From the NCBI GenBank assembly GCA_002104905.1, contig MCFE01000052.1, forward strand, positions 124,001-188,000: 64,000 bases of DNA, in the 5' to 3' direction. Shown piece by piece: positions 9,873 through 21,292 of the stretch (its first letter is position 1; every line of letters begins with the position of its first letter). A program made the translations under genes and the position numbers. Below the pieces are notes generated by a model that was not told the DNA's origin, made no database searches, and saw nothing but the letters and a program-made list of their open reading frames with translations. Origin of the DNA: Basidiobolus meristosporus CBS 931.73. Lineage: Eukaryota > Fungi > Basidiobolomycota.

Positions 9873-10589
9873 ATGCAATTCAAAAAAGTCGGCGTCTGGA
9901 TTCTGTCCATTCTCGCTGCTCTACTAGCGGTGCTTATAGCTGACCATAAGCTGGAGACCTGTCTCATAAGGAACCAACTGTTCAACCTGATGTGGGATTA
10001 TATGGGACCAGGGGTAGATGAATGCTTGACTCCTACCAAACTTTCACTGCTGAAGCAGGTAACAGGAAAGGTAGTGGAGCTGGGACCCGGGCACGGTTCG
10101 AACTTTAAGTACTTTGCCAAAAATAGTGTAACTAAGGTGTACGCCGTTGAACCCAACCTTTCTATGCACCCGAAGCTTAGCTCAACGGCAAAGGACGTTG
10201 GACTTGACGTAGAAATCATCGGAGCGTTGTGGGAGAATTCCAATCTCGAACGTGGCTCTTTCGATACGGTGGTCTCCAACCTGGTGCTGTGCTCTGTGAA
10301 CGATCTGCAAGGTAGCCTAGATCTAATCCAAGATTATTTGAGGCCAGGTGGGGTTTTCCTTTTCATCGAGCATGTTGCCCAACCTAACGGGACTGCCTGG
10401 CGAACCGCTCAAAATCTCATCAATCCATTCTGGAAATACATTGGCGATAATTGCCAGGTAAATCGGGAAACCGGCATGTTGTTGAAAGCCATGCAAGGAT
10501 GGAAAGAAGTGAGCATCGAATCTGAAGACTTATGCGGCGGTATGGGTCTCGTCAACCCAAAAATATACGGGTATGCCATCAAAGCATAA
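9873..10589 (+). CDS. Class I SAM-dependent methyltransferase, METTL7/TMT1-like, with N-terminal membrane anchor
   Basis: Intronless 238-aa ORF with hydrophobic N-terminus. Motif I VVELGPGHGSNF, VYAVEPN, SFDTVVSNLVLCSV, LRPGGVFLFIEHV and DNCQVNR are typical of the METTL7 family. Confidence 0.85.
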   Translation: MQFKKVGVWILSILAALLAVLIADHKLETCLIRNQLFNLMWDYMGPGVDECLTPTKLSLLKQVTGKVVELGPGHGSNFKYFAKNSVTKVYAVEPNLSMHPKLSSTAKDVGLDVEIIGALWENSNLERGSFDTVVSNLVLCSVNDLQGSLDLIQDYLRPGGVFLFIEHVAQPNGTAWRTAQNLINPFWKYIGDNCQVNRETGMLLKAMQGWKEVSIESEDLCGGMGLVNPKIYGYAIKA

Positions 10590-12431
10590 ATGCTCGAGGT
10601 ACATCCAATGTATTAGCTTATCAATAAATAAAGCCACTTGAGAAGATAAACACATGCTACGACCATCCACACATACCAATCAAGAGAATGCCTGTGTTTT
10701 ACAGTGGGCAGCCTGCAGGCTTCGGGTGCTGGTTTTAGAAAGGCAAATCCACGTCATTATGGAGGATGAGGTGCAGGAACATGGAACGGAATGAAATACA
10801 TCCATGTTTCTCTCATGTCAAGCACAGATCTTGATATGAGAAGTCCCGGGCCTCCATTGTTGAACACATTCTTCCGTAATGCATGGATGGGCGCCATTCC
10901 AGCGCCTAAATAGAGCTTCACTGATATTTCGACCGAATCAGAAACGACATTTCCTTATTTCTGTATGGTATCAGTACTTCGATTAGATAAGAGCACTAGT
11001 GTCCAGATAATTGTCTTGGGTAAGGCAACAAATGTGATACACGAGACCTCAAAATGGGCTGGTCCCGGACATGGGATTCCGTTGTGTACTCGGGCCGCCG
11101 AAAACCTTGGCTGTTGGTTTGTTCAAGAGAACCTATAATGACCACTCAGCCTCAACTCGTTTCTCCTAGCTGGATAATGTCCATGGTCTCAGGACAAGGG
11201 GATGTTACGTCAATGAATAAGGCAGAATTAGTATATACGTTTCACTCTATAGTAAGTTGACTACAGAGAGTGGAGTTCATAATGCAGAAGACATCATCCA
11301 CCCTTACGAAAAACAGCAGATTTGAGACCTTGTGACAAGTCATATTGTCCATAAGCCCGAAAACCACTTTTCAGGTTATAATACAAGTCAATATGATCGG
11401 TCTAAAGGTCTACCCCATGGCCCATATTCGAATACAATGGATAAAATTGATCGTATTTAAAGGACATATATAGATACTGTTACTGTGGTTACTATTACTG
11501 TTGCCATTACCATATCTCGACTTGCAAGGTTCACACGGAATTCAACGCAATCTGTTGCGAGGGAATGGCAAGATTCGCCAGCCTAAAGGAAATTACATCA
11601 CTATTCAATCATTTCGGCTTACAATTGGTCACACAGACATCTGGGGCAAACATACAGATTTATCGTTGTATGAAACTATCCGTCAAGGCCATTGGATCTG
11701 CGCGATGTAACTAGAGTTGATTTAGCCAAATGACGAGGGATATTACGATGGATTTACGTATAGTTGGCGATATTATCTTGGTGAAAACACCGCAAACTCT
11801 GATTTTATCATCCGCCAATTGGGACCAGATTCTGTTGATTTCCAATTCGGTGTATCGCTCATGCCACCCTATAGCAACCAATACTCACGGGCTGCGTATC
11901 TATTTGGACACTTGTGTACATGGAAAATCTCCATTGAAACACTGGCCTGTTACGCTGATGTGGATGAGCGCGCGTCGCCTGGATTTCTCATCTGACGAGT
12001 TTGTCAACCAAAGCATAATCTCAACAAATCACTGTCCATTTCCTTTTATGTCGTCGATGTAATATATACCTTTTCCCATTTATATCCACGTTTGAAAAAT
12101 ACACTCTTCCTGAGAGAAATAAACTCAATGGCTTGCCTAAAGTTTGACCTTAATTTACCAATTTAAGTCACAGCGCTATATGAAAACCTTAGTTTGCGTG
12201 AGCTCGATTCAATAAGAATTCCATAGGAACTGTTGGTAGGTTGTCGAGTATAAAAACCCGCATGGGCACCTCTCTCTTGAAAAAACAGTTCGCCCTCACT
12301 TATCAGCTAGAAAGCGGGTATTCATTACATTCTCCGAGAATAGCCTGCTACCAATCCTTCTCTGGCAGCCCTTTCAATTTCTGTTTCGAAAAGGGGTCAA
12401 ATCCATCAAACCTTCAATATCCGCTGTTACG

Positions 12432-15400
12432 ATGGCGTCCATAAATATAGCCTGGCTTCTTGCTGTCATTGCCTTGATAGCTCAAGTTAACTCGGTCCCG
12501 TTGATCCCAAGTGAGTGTGACTGTCCATCATGGCTCATAATTGTACGTGGTGCTAATGATACTTTTGTTTATAGTAAATGAGAAAACCGCTAGTGGTCAA
12601 ACATGCCCTTTGGGTACTAGAAAGCATGCCATGTGCCCCGTATTGTGTGTGAGTGATATTAGCCAATGCCCCGAATCAATCCGACCATCTTGTCCAGAGG
12701 GCCAAACCTATTGTTCTGATGGTTCTTGCAAGAGCTCATGCTCAGGCGTGAACAGTAAATGTACTTGTCCAGGAATTGAACTGGCCCAACAATACTATCC
12801 TTGCAAGGATGGCCAGTGGGTAAATGTTCCACAATTTGATCCAAAGAAAGCCGACTCACAGACTGCCGAAGTATGCGCAGGCAATTTGGGTCTTAGCAAT
12901 ATCCCCCAAGTTGGGCCTGGTGTGAGTGGAAGCCAAATGTGGCTTTCTTGTCCCAAGAGCACCCAAGTCCAACAGTTCTCATACACAGAGCCAATGTGGA
13001 TTGGAGTGTGGACGATTTTGGCCATAGAGGTGTTCCTTCTTGTCACATGGCATCTATACAAGGTCTTCGCCGAAAGGAGGGTTCGTAAGGATTTCGAATC
13101 TCGCCGTCTAGAGGCCGCTCAAAATGAACGCGACATGTCGATGATGGAGAAAAGTAACGAAAAGATCAAGAAGGATCAAGTGGAGGTCGACGAAGATCAA
13201 GATAACAACGATTTTATCATCAAAGGATACAACAACAATTTCTACGGAACCATCGGATTCTTCTCCGTTATATTCATGGTACTTGGGTGGTTCGTCTGGA
13301 TGGGTGTTCTGACCGGAGATTATTACGGAACCATCACTGGTGCACCATTCGGGATCACCAAATTAGATGGAACCTTATCCTCGAATGTATTTGTTTCCGT
13401 ATGGTACTTCGCTGCTTTCTGGATGTTGGGTGTCAATATTCTTCGTGCACGTATCCGCAATTACTTCCGCATTCAAAGCTATCCAAATACCTCCAGGTAC
13501 ATCCAATTCGAGCGTGAACTGAAAACCAACATTCTCCTTGATGATCAAAGCCGCCTCTTGGTTGCAGTCAGAAAAGTGGAAGCTAAACTCAAGCACTTCT
13601 TTGGCTGGGATTACCATGTTACCACATGCCTGGTGCAAAGAACTACCCTCGGACGCCGCTTTTTCGAGTTCCAGTGCACCCGATTCGTATTCGATGACGA
13701 TATCCAAGATTACAAGCCATTCCAAATTGAAGTTGGCCATAGCAACCATGACCTGCTCCAACAAGTGAATGGACTGTCCAACGAAGAAGCCATCAAACGA
13801 AAGGAGTTGGTAGGAAGTAACTTCATCAGCGTCAAGGTCCCCTCGTTCCCGGTAGCCTTGTTGCAGGAGTTTACCTCGTTCTTCTACTTGTACCAGTTCA
13901 TGATCCTATGGCTTTTCTATTACTACAACTATTACTACATCGGTATTGTGGATACCGCTGTAATCCTGATTTCTTCGCTGATCCGTGTGATCACCAGACT
14001 GACCTCCGAGCATCGAGTCAAGAAGATGGCTGAGCATCAAAGTGACTGCTTTGTACTTCGTGATGGCCAATGGAAAGAACTCTCTACTGCTGACCTGGTA
14101 CCGGGTGATGTGTTTGAAGTAACCAAGGATATGGTGGTACCTTGTGATGGTGTTGTGATCAGTGGTAATATCGTTGCCGATGAGAGTTCGCTTACCGGAG
14201 AGCCATTGCCGATCCGAAAGTTCCCATTAAAGGACGATAACATGGAATATGATGCGGCTGGATCCGGTAAAAATAACACTCTATACGCTGGAACCACCAT
14301 CTCACAAGCCACCCCAATCGGCCAAGGTGCTCAACAGAAGGTAACAGCCTTGGTGCTCCGAACAAACACCTCCACCGATAAAGGAAAGCTTGTGCGTAAA
14401 ATCCTCTTCCCCAACCCCATCCTGTTCATCTTCGACGAGCAACTACGCATTGTCATGGCTGTTCTGCTCGTTTACGGCTTAGTTTGTTTCGGAGTTGCCC
14501 TCTGGCTTGGTGGTAGAGGTGACATCGCTGCCTGGTTCTACGGCATGTTCACCATCTCGCAGATCATTACTCCACTACTTCCTGCCGCCTTGGTTGTTGG
14601 TCAGAGTGTAGCAGCCAACCGCTTACGTAAACTGAAAATCTTCTGTGTTGATCTTCCAAGAATCATCATTGCCGGCAAAGTCCGCATCTTCTGCTTCGAT
14701 AAAACCGGCACACTGACCAAGGAGGGGCTCGAATTCTACGGGGTCCAGCCGATCAACACCTATGACGAAACGGAAAGCACCCTGACCGAAAAGAACGGCC
14801 CACCCCAGTTCTTGGCAAGAAACGGGAACTTCGTCGATATTGCTCGGATCATTCGTCTAGGTGTCGCCACATGCCATACTGTAACCAAGGTCGAGGATCA
14901 ACTGATTGGTAATCCAGTGGATATTGAAATGTTCCGTTCGACTAAATGGGAACTCGCCCCACAGGCAGAGGGAAACTATCTGGACACTCTGATCCCCACC
15001 GAGGAACCTAATGCAACACCAATCCATGTGGTGAAGAGATACGAATTTGTTCATGCGCGTGCCTCGATGTCGGTCGCTATTCTCGATCCTACCACTGGTC
15101 ACGTCCACGTATACGTAAAAGGGTCCTTCGAAAAAGTAAAGGAGCTGTGTGACCCAGCGTCAATCCCCGAGGACTACGATGGCATGTGCAACAAGCTAGC
15201 AATGGAAGGATGCTATGTTCTGGCTATGGCATACCGTGATTTGGGTAAAATTGATCCCAACTCCATCCATGAATGGTCTCGCGAGGAAATGGAGAGCCAA
15301 GTCAAACTAATGGGCCTCGTTCTCTTCAAAAACATGCTCAAGGAAGATACAACCGATGCCATTGCACAGCTCAAGGAAGGAGGTACCCGTACCGTGATGA

Positions 15401-16698
15401 TCACCGGTGATACCGCATTGACTGGAATCTATATTGCCCGCCAGTGTGGCATGATCCCACCCAATAACCGCGTCCTTCTTGGCGATATATCCAAGAGTGG
15501 GGAACTCTTATGGACTGATGTGGATACAGGAGAGCCCTCGAACATGGAGCAAGCTGTAATCGACAAGTCCAACGTTCCGGTGGAACTGGCGGTAACCAAT
15601 AAGGCCTTCAACTACATGACCGAAGACGACTCTATCCGTAAGTACCTGTTGGACGTCCGCGTATTTGCCAGAATGAAGCCCAACGATAAGGTTGAATGTG
15701 TGCAATTACACATGGAGCGTGGGGTTACAGCCATGTGCGGTGATGGTGGTAATGACTGTGGCGCTCTTCGTGCCTCTCATGTTGGACTTGCTTTGAGCGA
15801 AGCCGAAGCCTCCATCGTATCACCTTTCAGTAGTAGCACCCGCTCCATCATCTCTTGCGTGGAACTCTTGAAGCAAGGACGAGCTGCATTGGCAACTTCG
15901 TTTGCTGCCTACAAGTATTTGATCATGTACGGGCAGACCATGGCTTGGGTGAAAATCTTCAGTTTCTACTACTCGATGCAACCCTCGCAAAACGTATGGA
16001 TTCTGGTGGATGCCTTTGTGACTGTTGGTCTGGCTTGGGCCGTAACCCAATCCCAAGCTGCCTCTAGATTAGCCGATACCCGCCCTACTGCTCGTATTCT
16101 TGGTCCGGAAACACTAGCCTCAGTCCTGGGACAGATCGTTATCAATCACCTGTTCTTCATTGGAGCATTTATCTTCCTTCGCCAACAGAGCTGGTATCGC
16201 TGCAATGAATTCGACTCGAGCATCGTCGATTACGCCAAATGGTGGCTCTTGGGTGACAACTATGAATCTCAGACCGCTTCTTTCGTCTCTCTATATCAGT
16301 TCGTTAACGCAGCCATGGTATTCAACTTTGGTCATAAATACCGCGCAGCCTGGTGGAGAAATTGGAAACTGCTTATTCTCTGGGCCGGATTCCTGGTAAT
16401 TGTGATGTTCTCCGAGCTTGCAGATCCCAATCGACTCGGTTGCCTGCTACGCCTGAACTGCGGCACCCCTGAGGTCCTTGAGGAATTAGGATACGGTTAT
16501 CCCAGCTGGTACATCGAGCCATACAGCTTGCCACAAGGTCACAATGTATATCCAACTGATTTTAGATGGAAACTCTGGGGATTAAGTATTGCCAACATGG
16601 CTGTTGGCATCCTGTGGCAAGTAGTGGTTGTTCTTGGGCCAGTGCGAGAATACGCAAAACGCAGATATCCACTTGATAGATTGAAGCTCAAGTTGTAA
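12432..16698 (+). CDS. P5-type (ATP13A/Ypk9-like) P-type ATPase with signal peptide and Cys-rich N-terminal domain; 2 exons (12432-12510, 12575-16698)
   Basis: DESSLTGE, phosphorylation motif FDKTGTLT, KGSFE, MITGD, FARMKPNDK and MCGDGGNDCGAL. Exon 1 (MASINIAWLLAVIALIAQVNSVPLIP) splices in frame via a GTGAGT...GCTAAT...TAG intron at 12511-12574. Confidence 0.92.
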
Positions 16699-16844
16699 AC
16701 AAAAGATCCTTCACACCCCCTCATGTATTTTACTTCATCCTTCACTTCTGTTGATGCTTGCCATCACCCAAACTAATATCACCACCATCATTATATTCAA
16801 TTAATAAAGTTTCTAAAATAGAAGTCCCTGGCCCTGTTTATTCG

Positions 16845-17927
16845 TTAAGAATTGCCTACTGAATTGCCTGCGATAAAGGAGCGAATTTCCTCCTTGAAAC
16901 CCGACTGTTGGTAAGTATTTTCATGGGTCCCATATGGGAATTTTACGATCTTCGAGGTGTTCAATCTTGAGCTCAACTCTAATGATTTCCAGAGGTTCAA
17001 CATCATATCAGTGGGAACGATGGCATCTTGCTGCGAGGATAGAATCAAGACCGGTGTACGCCGCATCTGCTTCATCAGAGTCTCCGACTCCCATCGATTC
17101 CACAAAAACCATTTCGCAAGGTACCGATATGGCAGCCAGGCAGGATACAGGTGGTGCACCATGTCCATTATGGAGGTGAATGTATTTTCGAGAACCAGCC
17201 CAGCAACACGGCTCTTCTCGGGATGGCGAGTCTCTACCTGGTGCGCGAGGTATGCTGCCACTGCACCACCCAAACTATGCCCGTAAAGGAATATTTGCGA
17301 GTGCGGGAATTTCTTTTCGACGTAGTTCAGTATGCATAGGCTATCTTGCTGCAGCCCTTTTTCGCTGGGAGAACCTGTGGAACCGCCATATCCACGATAA
17401 TCAAAAGCCACCACTGCAATGTCAGGTACGGCTCGGGTAAATGTAGCGAATACCGGGATGCGATGGCCAACATTACCAGCATTACTAGAGCATAAAACAG
17501 AAGTGAAAACAAGGTTACTACCTTGGTATCAACACTTCGCTATGTGAAGTCCATACCCGTGAAAATACAAAAGCACCTGCTTCGGTTCTGGCAACACTGC
17601 GGCTTCTAAGCTCTCTTTTCTCCTCACACTGATACCCTCAAGTGTACAATTGTCCACCGTTCTTACCGTTAGCTTTTCGAAAAGATGGCCAGAGGGATTC
17701 TGTGGAAGCTCTATTGGTTGTCTAGAACCAGGGGGTAGATATGACATGTAGACAATTTTATTCTGGAACAACACCATCATCGCTGATTTGTAGGCGTACA
17801 TCCCCAACGGAACACCGAGCACGATGCCTACCAGCGTTGCCGTGGTAGAAAGGAGACGTCTAGGTGGACGATGGAGAAGGCTATTGCATGACAACTTGCT
17901 TCCGAACTGAAAGCCTCCACGATACAT
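16845..17927 (-). CDS. bem46: ABHD13/Bem46-like alpha/beta hydrolase; 2 exons (17927-17557, 17484-16845)
   Basis: Removing intron 17485-17556 (GTATGG...TAG) restores YFHGNAGNVGHR. DYRGYG, nucleophile motif GHSLGG, LENTFTS, catalytic D (QQDAIVP) and H (GTHEN) are present. Confidence 0.88.
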
Positions 17928-18242
17928 GATACTACAGTCTATAGTGACGCACGGCTTCCGTACGGATAGGTTTTGCCACCAATTTCCAAAAAAAAGTGGC
18001 TTGATTACCGAGAGATAAAGACAAGACCCATCTCACATGATGTGATATCGTGGCCGCAGGCCTTCGGTTACTTTTATTAAATAATGACTTAGATTAAAGG
18101 ATGCATGATGTTTATAGAAGTAAATAAGCGATGATTGTAGAAGAAACTAAATAGAAGGATGTGGAGACTAGTGATAGTATCTATGAGAGAATAAAAGAGG
18201 AAAATATTTACTCGAAACGGACGAAGAAAATTAAAGTGATTT

Positions 18243-20166
18243 TTAAACGCCCCTGGCAACGCCGTTCATCATTCCATCATAGAGGGAGCCTTCTCCGATA
18301 AAATTCTCGGTAGTGCTAGAAGCGGGAAATCCATTGGCAAGTTCCGAATCGTTCCCGTTCTTGGGGGGTCGGGGTGGGTTGCCACATCGATCTTTGCCGT
18401 AGTTGATACGGAAGTTTGCATAATCCATGTTGGACTTGATCCCGTCGATGGCCTTGACGGCAGAGAGGATGTTGGTGAAGTTGACAAATGCGCAATTCTT
18501 GTCTTTTAACGTATTGACAAGCTCGATCTCCCCAAATACCGAAAAGTCTTGCTTCAGCTTCTCCTCGGTAATACTATCGTCGATGTTGCCTATGTAAACA
18601 TTGCGTGTGGCGCCTGATTGAACAGCCATGGCCACTGCGGGAGGGAGAGGGGTGTTCTTGCCCCACCCAACCTTCAACCTGCGGTTCTTTATGACGATTC
18701 CGGTATAGCTAGCGAGGTTGTAGAAACTCATGGCTGCATTTGGATCAACAAAGCTAACGAAAGCTATATGTTTATCGGTCATGAACCGAATTTGATGGAG
18801 AATCCCACCACGAACGACATTGCAGATGTCCTCGCAGGTAGTTTCCGGGTGAATGTTCCCGAGATAGATTGTACGGTTGCTACCAGCGTTGCCAAAGTTG
18901 GGCGCGGAAAATTGGCCATTGGCATCATGAGGTAGACCACCTCCAGAATACGGATCAAAAGAAATCCCATTGAAGTGATTGTTCCCATTGTATCCGTTAG
19001 AATAACCGAGATTGTTGACTCCGTTGTTGGCCAGGTATCCATTGTTCTGGGAGGTTTTTGTGGGCTGGGCGCATCTGTCTTTGCCATAGTTCACTCGCTT
19101 GCCAGACCACTTAGGATCAGACTGCAAAGTGGCCACGCACTTGACAGCATTGGTGATGGACAGAAAGTGCACGAAGCCAATGTTTTTCTCGCGGATGATT
19201 TTTATCGTATCGATGGGCCCAAACACTGACAACTCTTCCCGAAGACTATCCTCATTGGTGAACTCATCCAGACTTCCAAGGTAAACATTTCGTGTAGCGC
19301 CGGTCTGCACCGCCACTAAGACATTGCTTGGAACAGGGGATGGCTTTCCCCAGCCAACCTTAAGATCCTGCCCCCTCAACATAATCTTTTTGGTATTGGC
19401 ATCATGATAGAAAGCATGGGCACTATTTCCATCCAGGAACGAAATAAAAATACAATTTTTCTCCGGAAGCAGCTTGACACTTTCGATTGGACCCCCTCGG
19501 ACCTGACCAAGAACCTCATCCACCGGCGTGTCAGAGGAAATGTTCCCAACATAAATTGTTCTCCCTACAGAATATGGTCAGTGTTAAGGAATCCCGAATT
19601 CCACGAGCGACCAGGCACTAACCCATACCACCGTAAGTGTTTCCATTTTGGATTTGTGGAAGAATATGAGGGAACTGGTTGTTGTTCTGATATTGGTGGT
19701 TGAAGACCTGATACTGAGGGGAAACCAACAGTGGCGGCGCCATGGAGGGATATTGGCTGTACATGCCACTGGCTGGGGTGCTTACTGGAAGACCAAGGCC
19801 AAGCCCCTGTGGAGATCCGTTTCCAGTGAGTGGGTAGTTATATTCCTGAGGGAAAAACCGGATAGTTTAGTATAAGGCTTTTGGTAAGGGAAAATTACTG
19901 GTGCGAAGGGCCCAAAATAAACGAAGCAAGCTTTGCGAGGGAAAAGATGCCAGCAATACACTCAAGCACTCGGACAATCCCGAGCTTCCTCAAATCTGCA
20001 CCAAGGCGAGAAGCGACTAAACAGGTGGTTTAAAGGGGGGGCTGAAGCAAAAGTGTCTGGTCAAGCTACAAGATGAAGCACAAAAGGGGCAAACCAGCAA
20101 CCAGAGATTAGATAGGACAGAGAAGATACTTACAAACTCGACTTTCTGAGAGGCGTGTTCTTTCAT
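18243..20166 (-). CDS. nrd1: Four-RRM RNA-binding protein, Nrd1(S. pombe)/Mrn1-like; probable exons 20166-20134, 19845-19629, 19564-18243
   Basis: Four RRMs (RTIYVGNI, TRNVYLGSL, NRTIYLGNI, TRNVYIGNI) with paired KVGWGK and NYGKDRC motifs. Upstream exons splice in frame through canonical GT-AG sites. The first exon is less certain. Confidence 0.85.
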
Positions 20167-21292
20167 ACAATGCAATTTAAGAAAAGAAATGATATCGGGT
20201 GAATAAAAATGCCAAAAGTGCCTTGTGGGAGAGAATGAAAAGAAAGAACCAAGGCTTAGAAATGAATGGAATTGAGTTGATATATTGGGAGCCCGGCTCT
20301 ATGAGATGGGTACTAAAAGAGGGGGGTAGTGCGATGCACAGAAACGGTCAGAAAATTAACTTAATGTTGCATTAAAAGATTGCTGGGACATTTTGGTATG
20401 AGAAAATAGAAATTCCACTACAGATCAATAACAAACTAGAGCACTATTCCGAGACTCGACATTTTTTCTTTTTTTTCTTATCGCTGATGAGAGATTCCCG
20501 TAATTTGCCCATCCAAATGGGACCCATCCTGAACGGCTGGTGGTGAGCCAACATCCCTGCACAATGCCCTCCGCAGAGGACGTACGAATCTACCTGAGCT
20601 CTTGGTGGGAGAGATCTTGGTTGAGCATTCACATCCAAGCCTTTACCCCATTTCTTTCACACAAATTAACTTAGTATTACACCAGGAATATATCTGGGCA
20701 GCACACGGGATTGATTGGTGGACGAGTCATCGTGGCAATAAGCTTTGGGTGGATTTTCTTGTATAAATATTGCCTATCTCGTTGTCAAGCATAAATGTTG
20801 GATCCACACCGCCGATATATATTAAGAATGATTCGACTATCGTACAATTGGCTATTTTTTAAGATACTTGATTGTCCGGCCATGTCATGACTATCTCATT
20901 GCCTGCTTTGTTTCTTACATTGCGCTGGTTACTAGCGAATACAGGTATAGCCAAGACATAATGTGATGTTGATGTATAATTCCTCGATACAGGCGACACA
21001 GGCGTGCATTGCACTATAGAGGAGTCGTTAAAATACAAGGGTGAGGTAAAAATTAATCCTTCAACCAAGAGCAAGCTCGAGTTGAATGAGAATGAAATAA
21101 TGATAATGATAGTAATAATAATACAGGTGGTGTGGAACGGGGTGGAGGGTGAGGCCAACGTTGCTTGGATCGCTTGCGAAGTAAAAGGGATAGTGGCTTG
21201 ACAAAGTATTGAGAAAAGATTATGTTGACGGGGGTGGAGGCAGGGCATATATATATATACACCGGTCGAATCTAAGTTGAATTCAGTTTCTT

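Noticed and set aside
10770-10960. Minus-strand frame containing LYLGAGMAPIHAL, reminiscent of an NAD-binding motif
   Set aside because: Short frame bounded by stops with no further family motifs; cannot support a gene or pseudogene.
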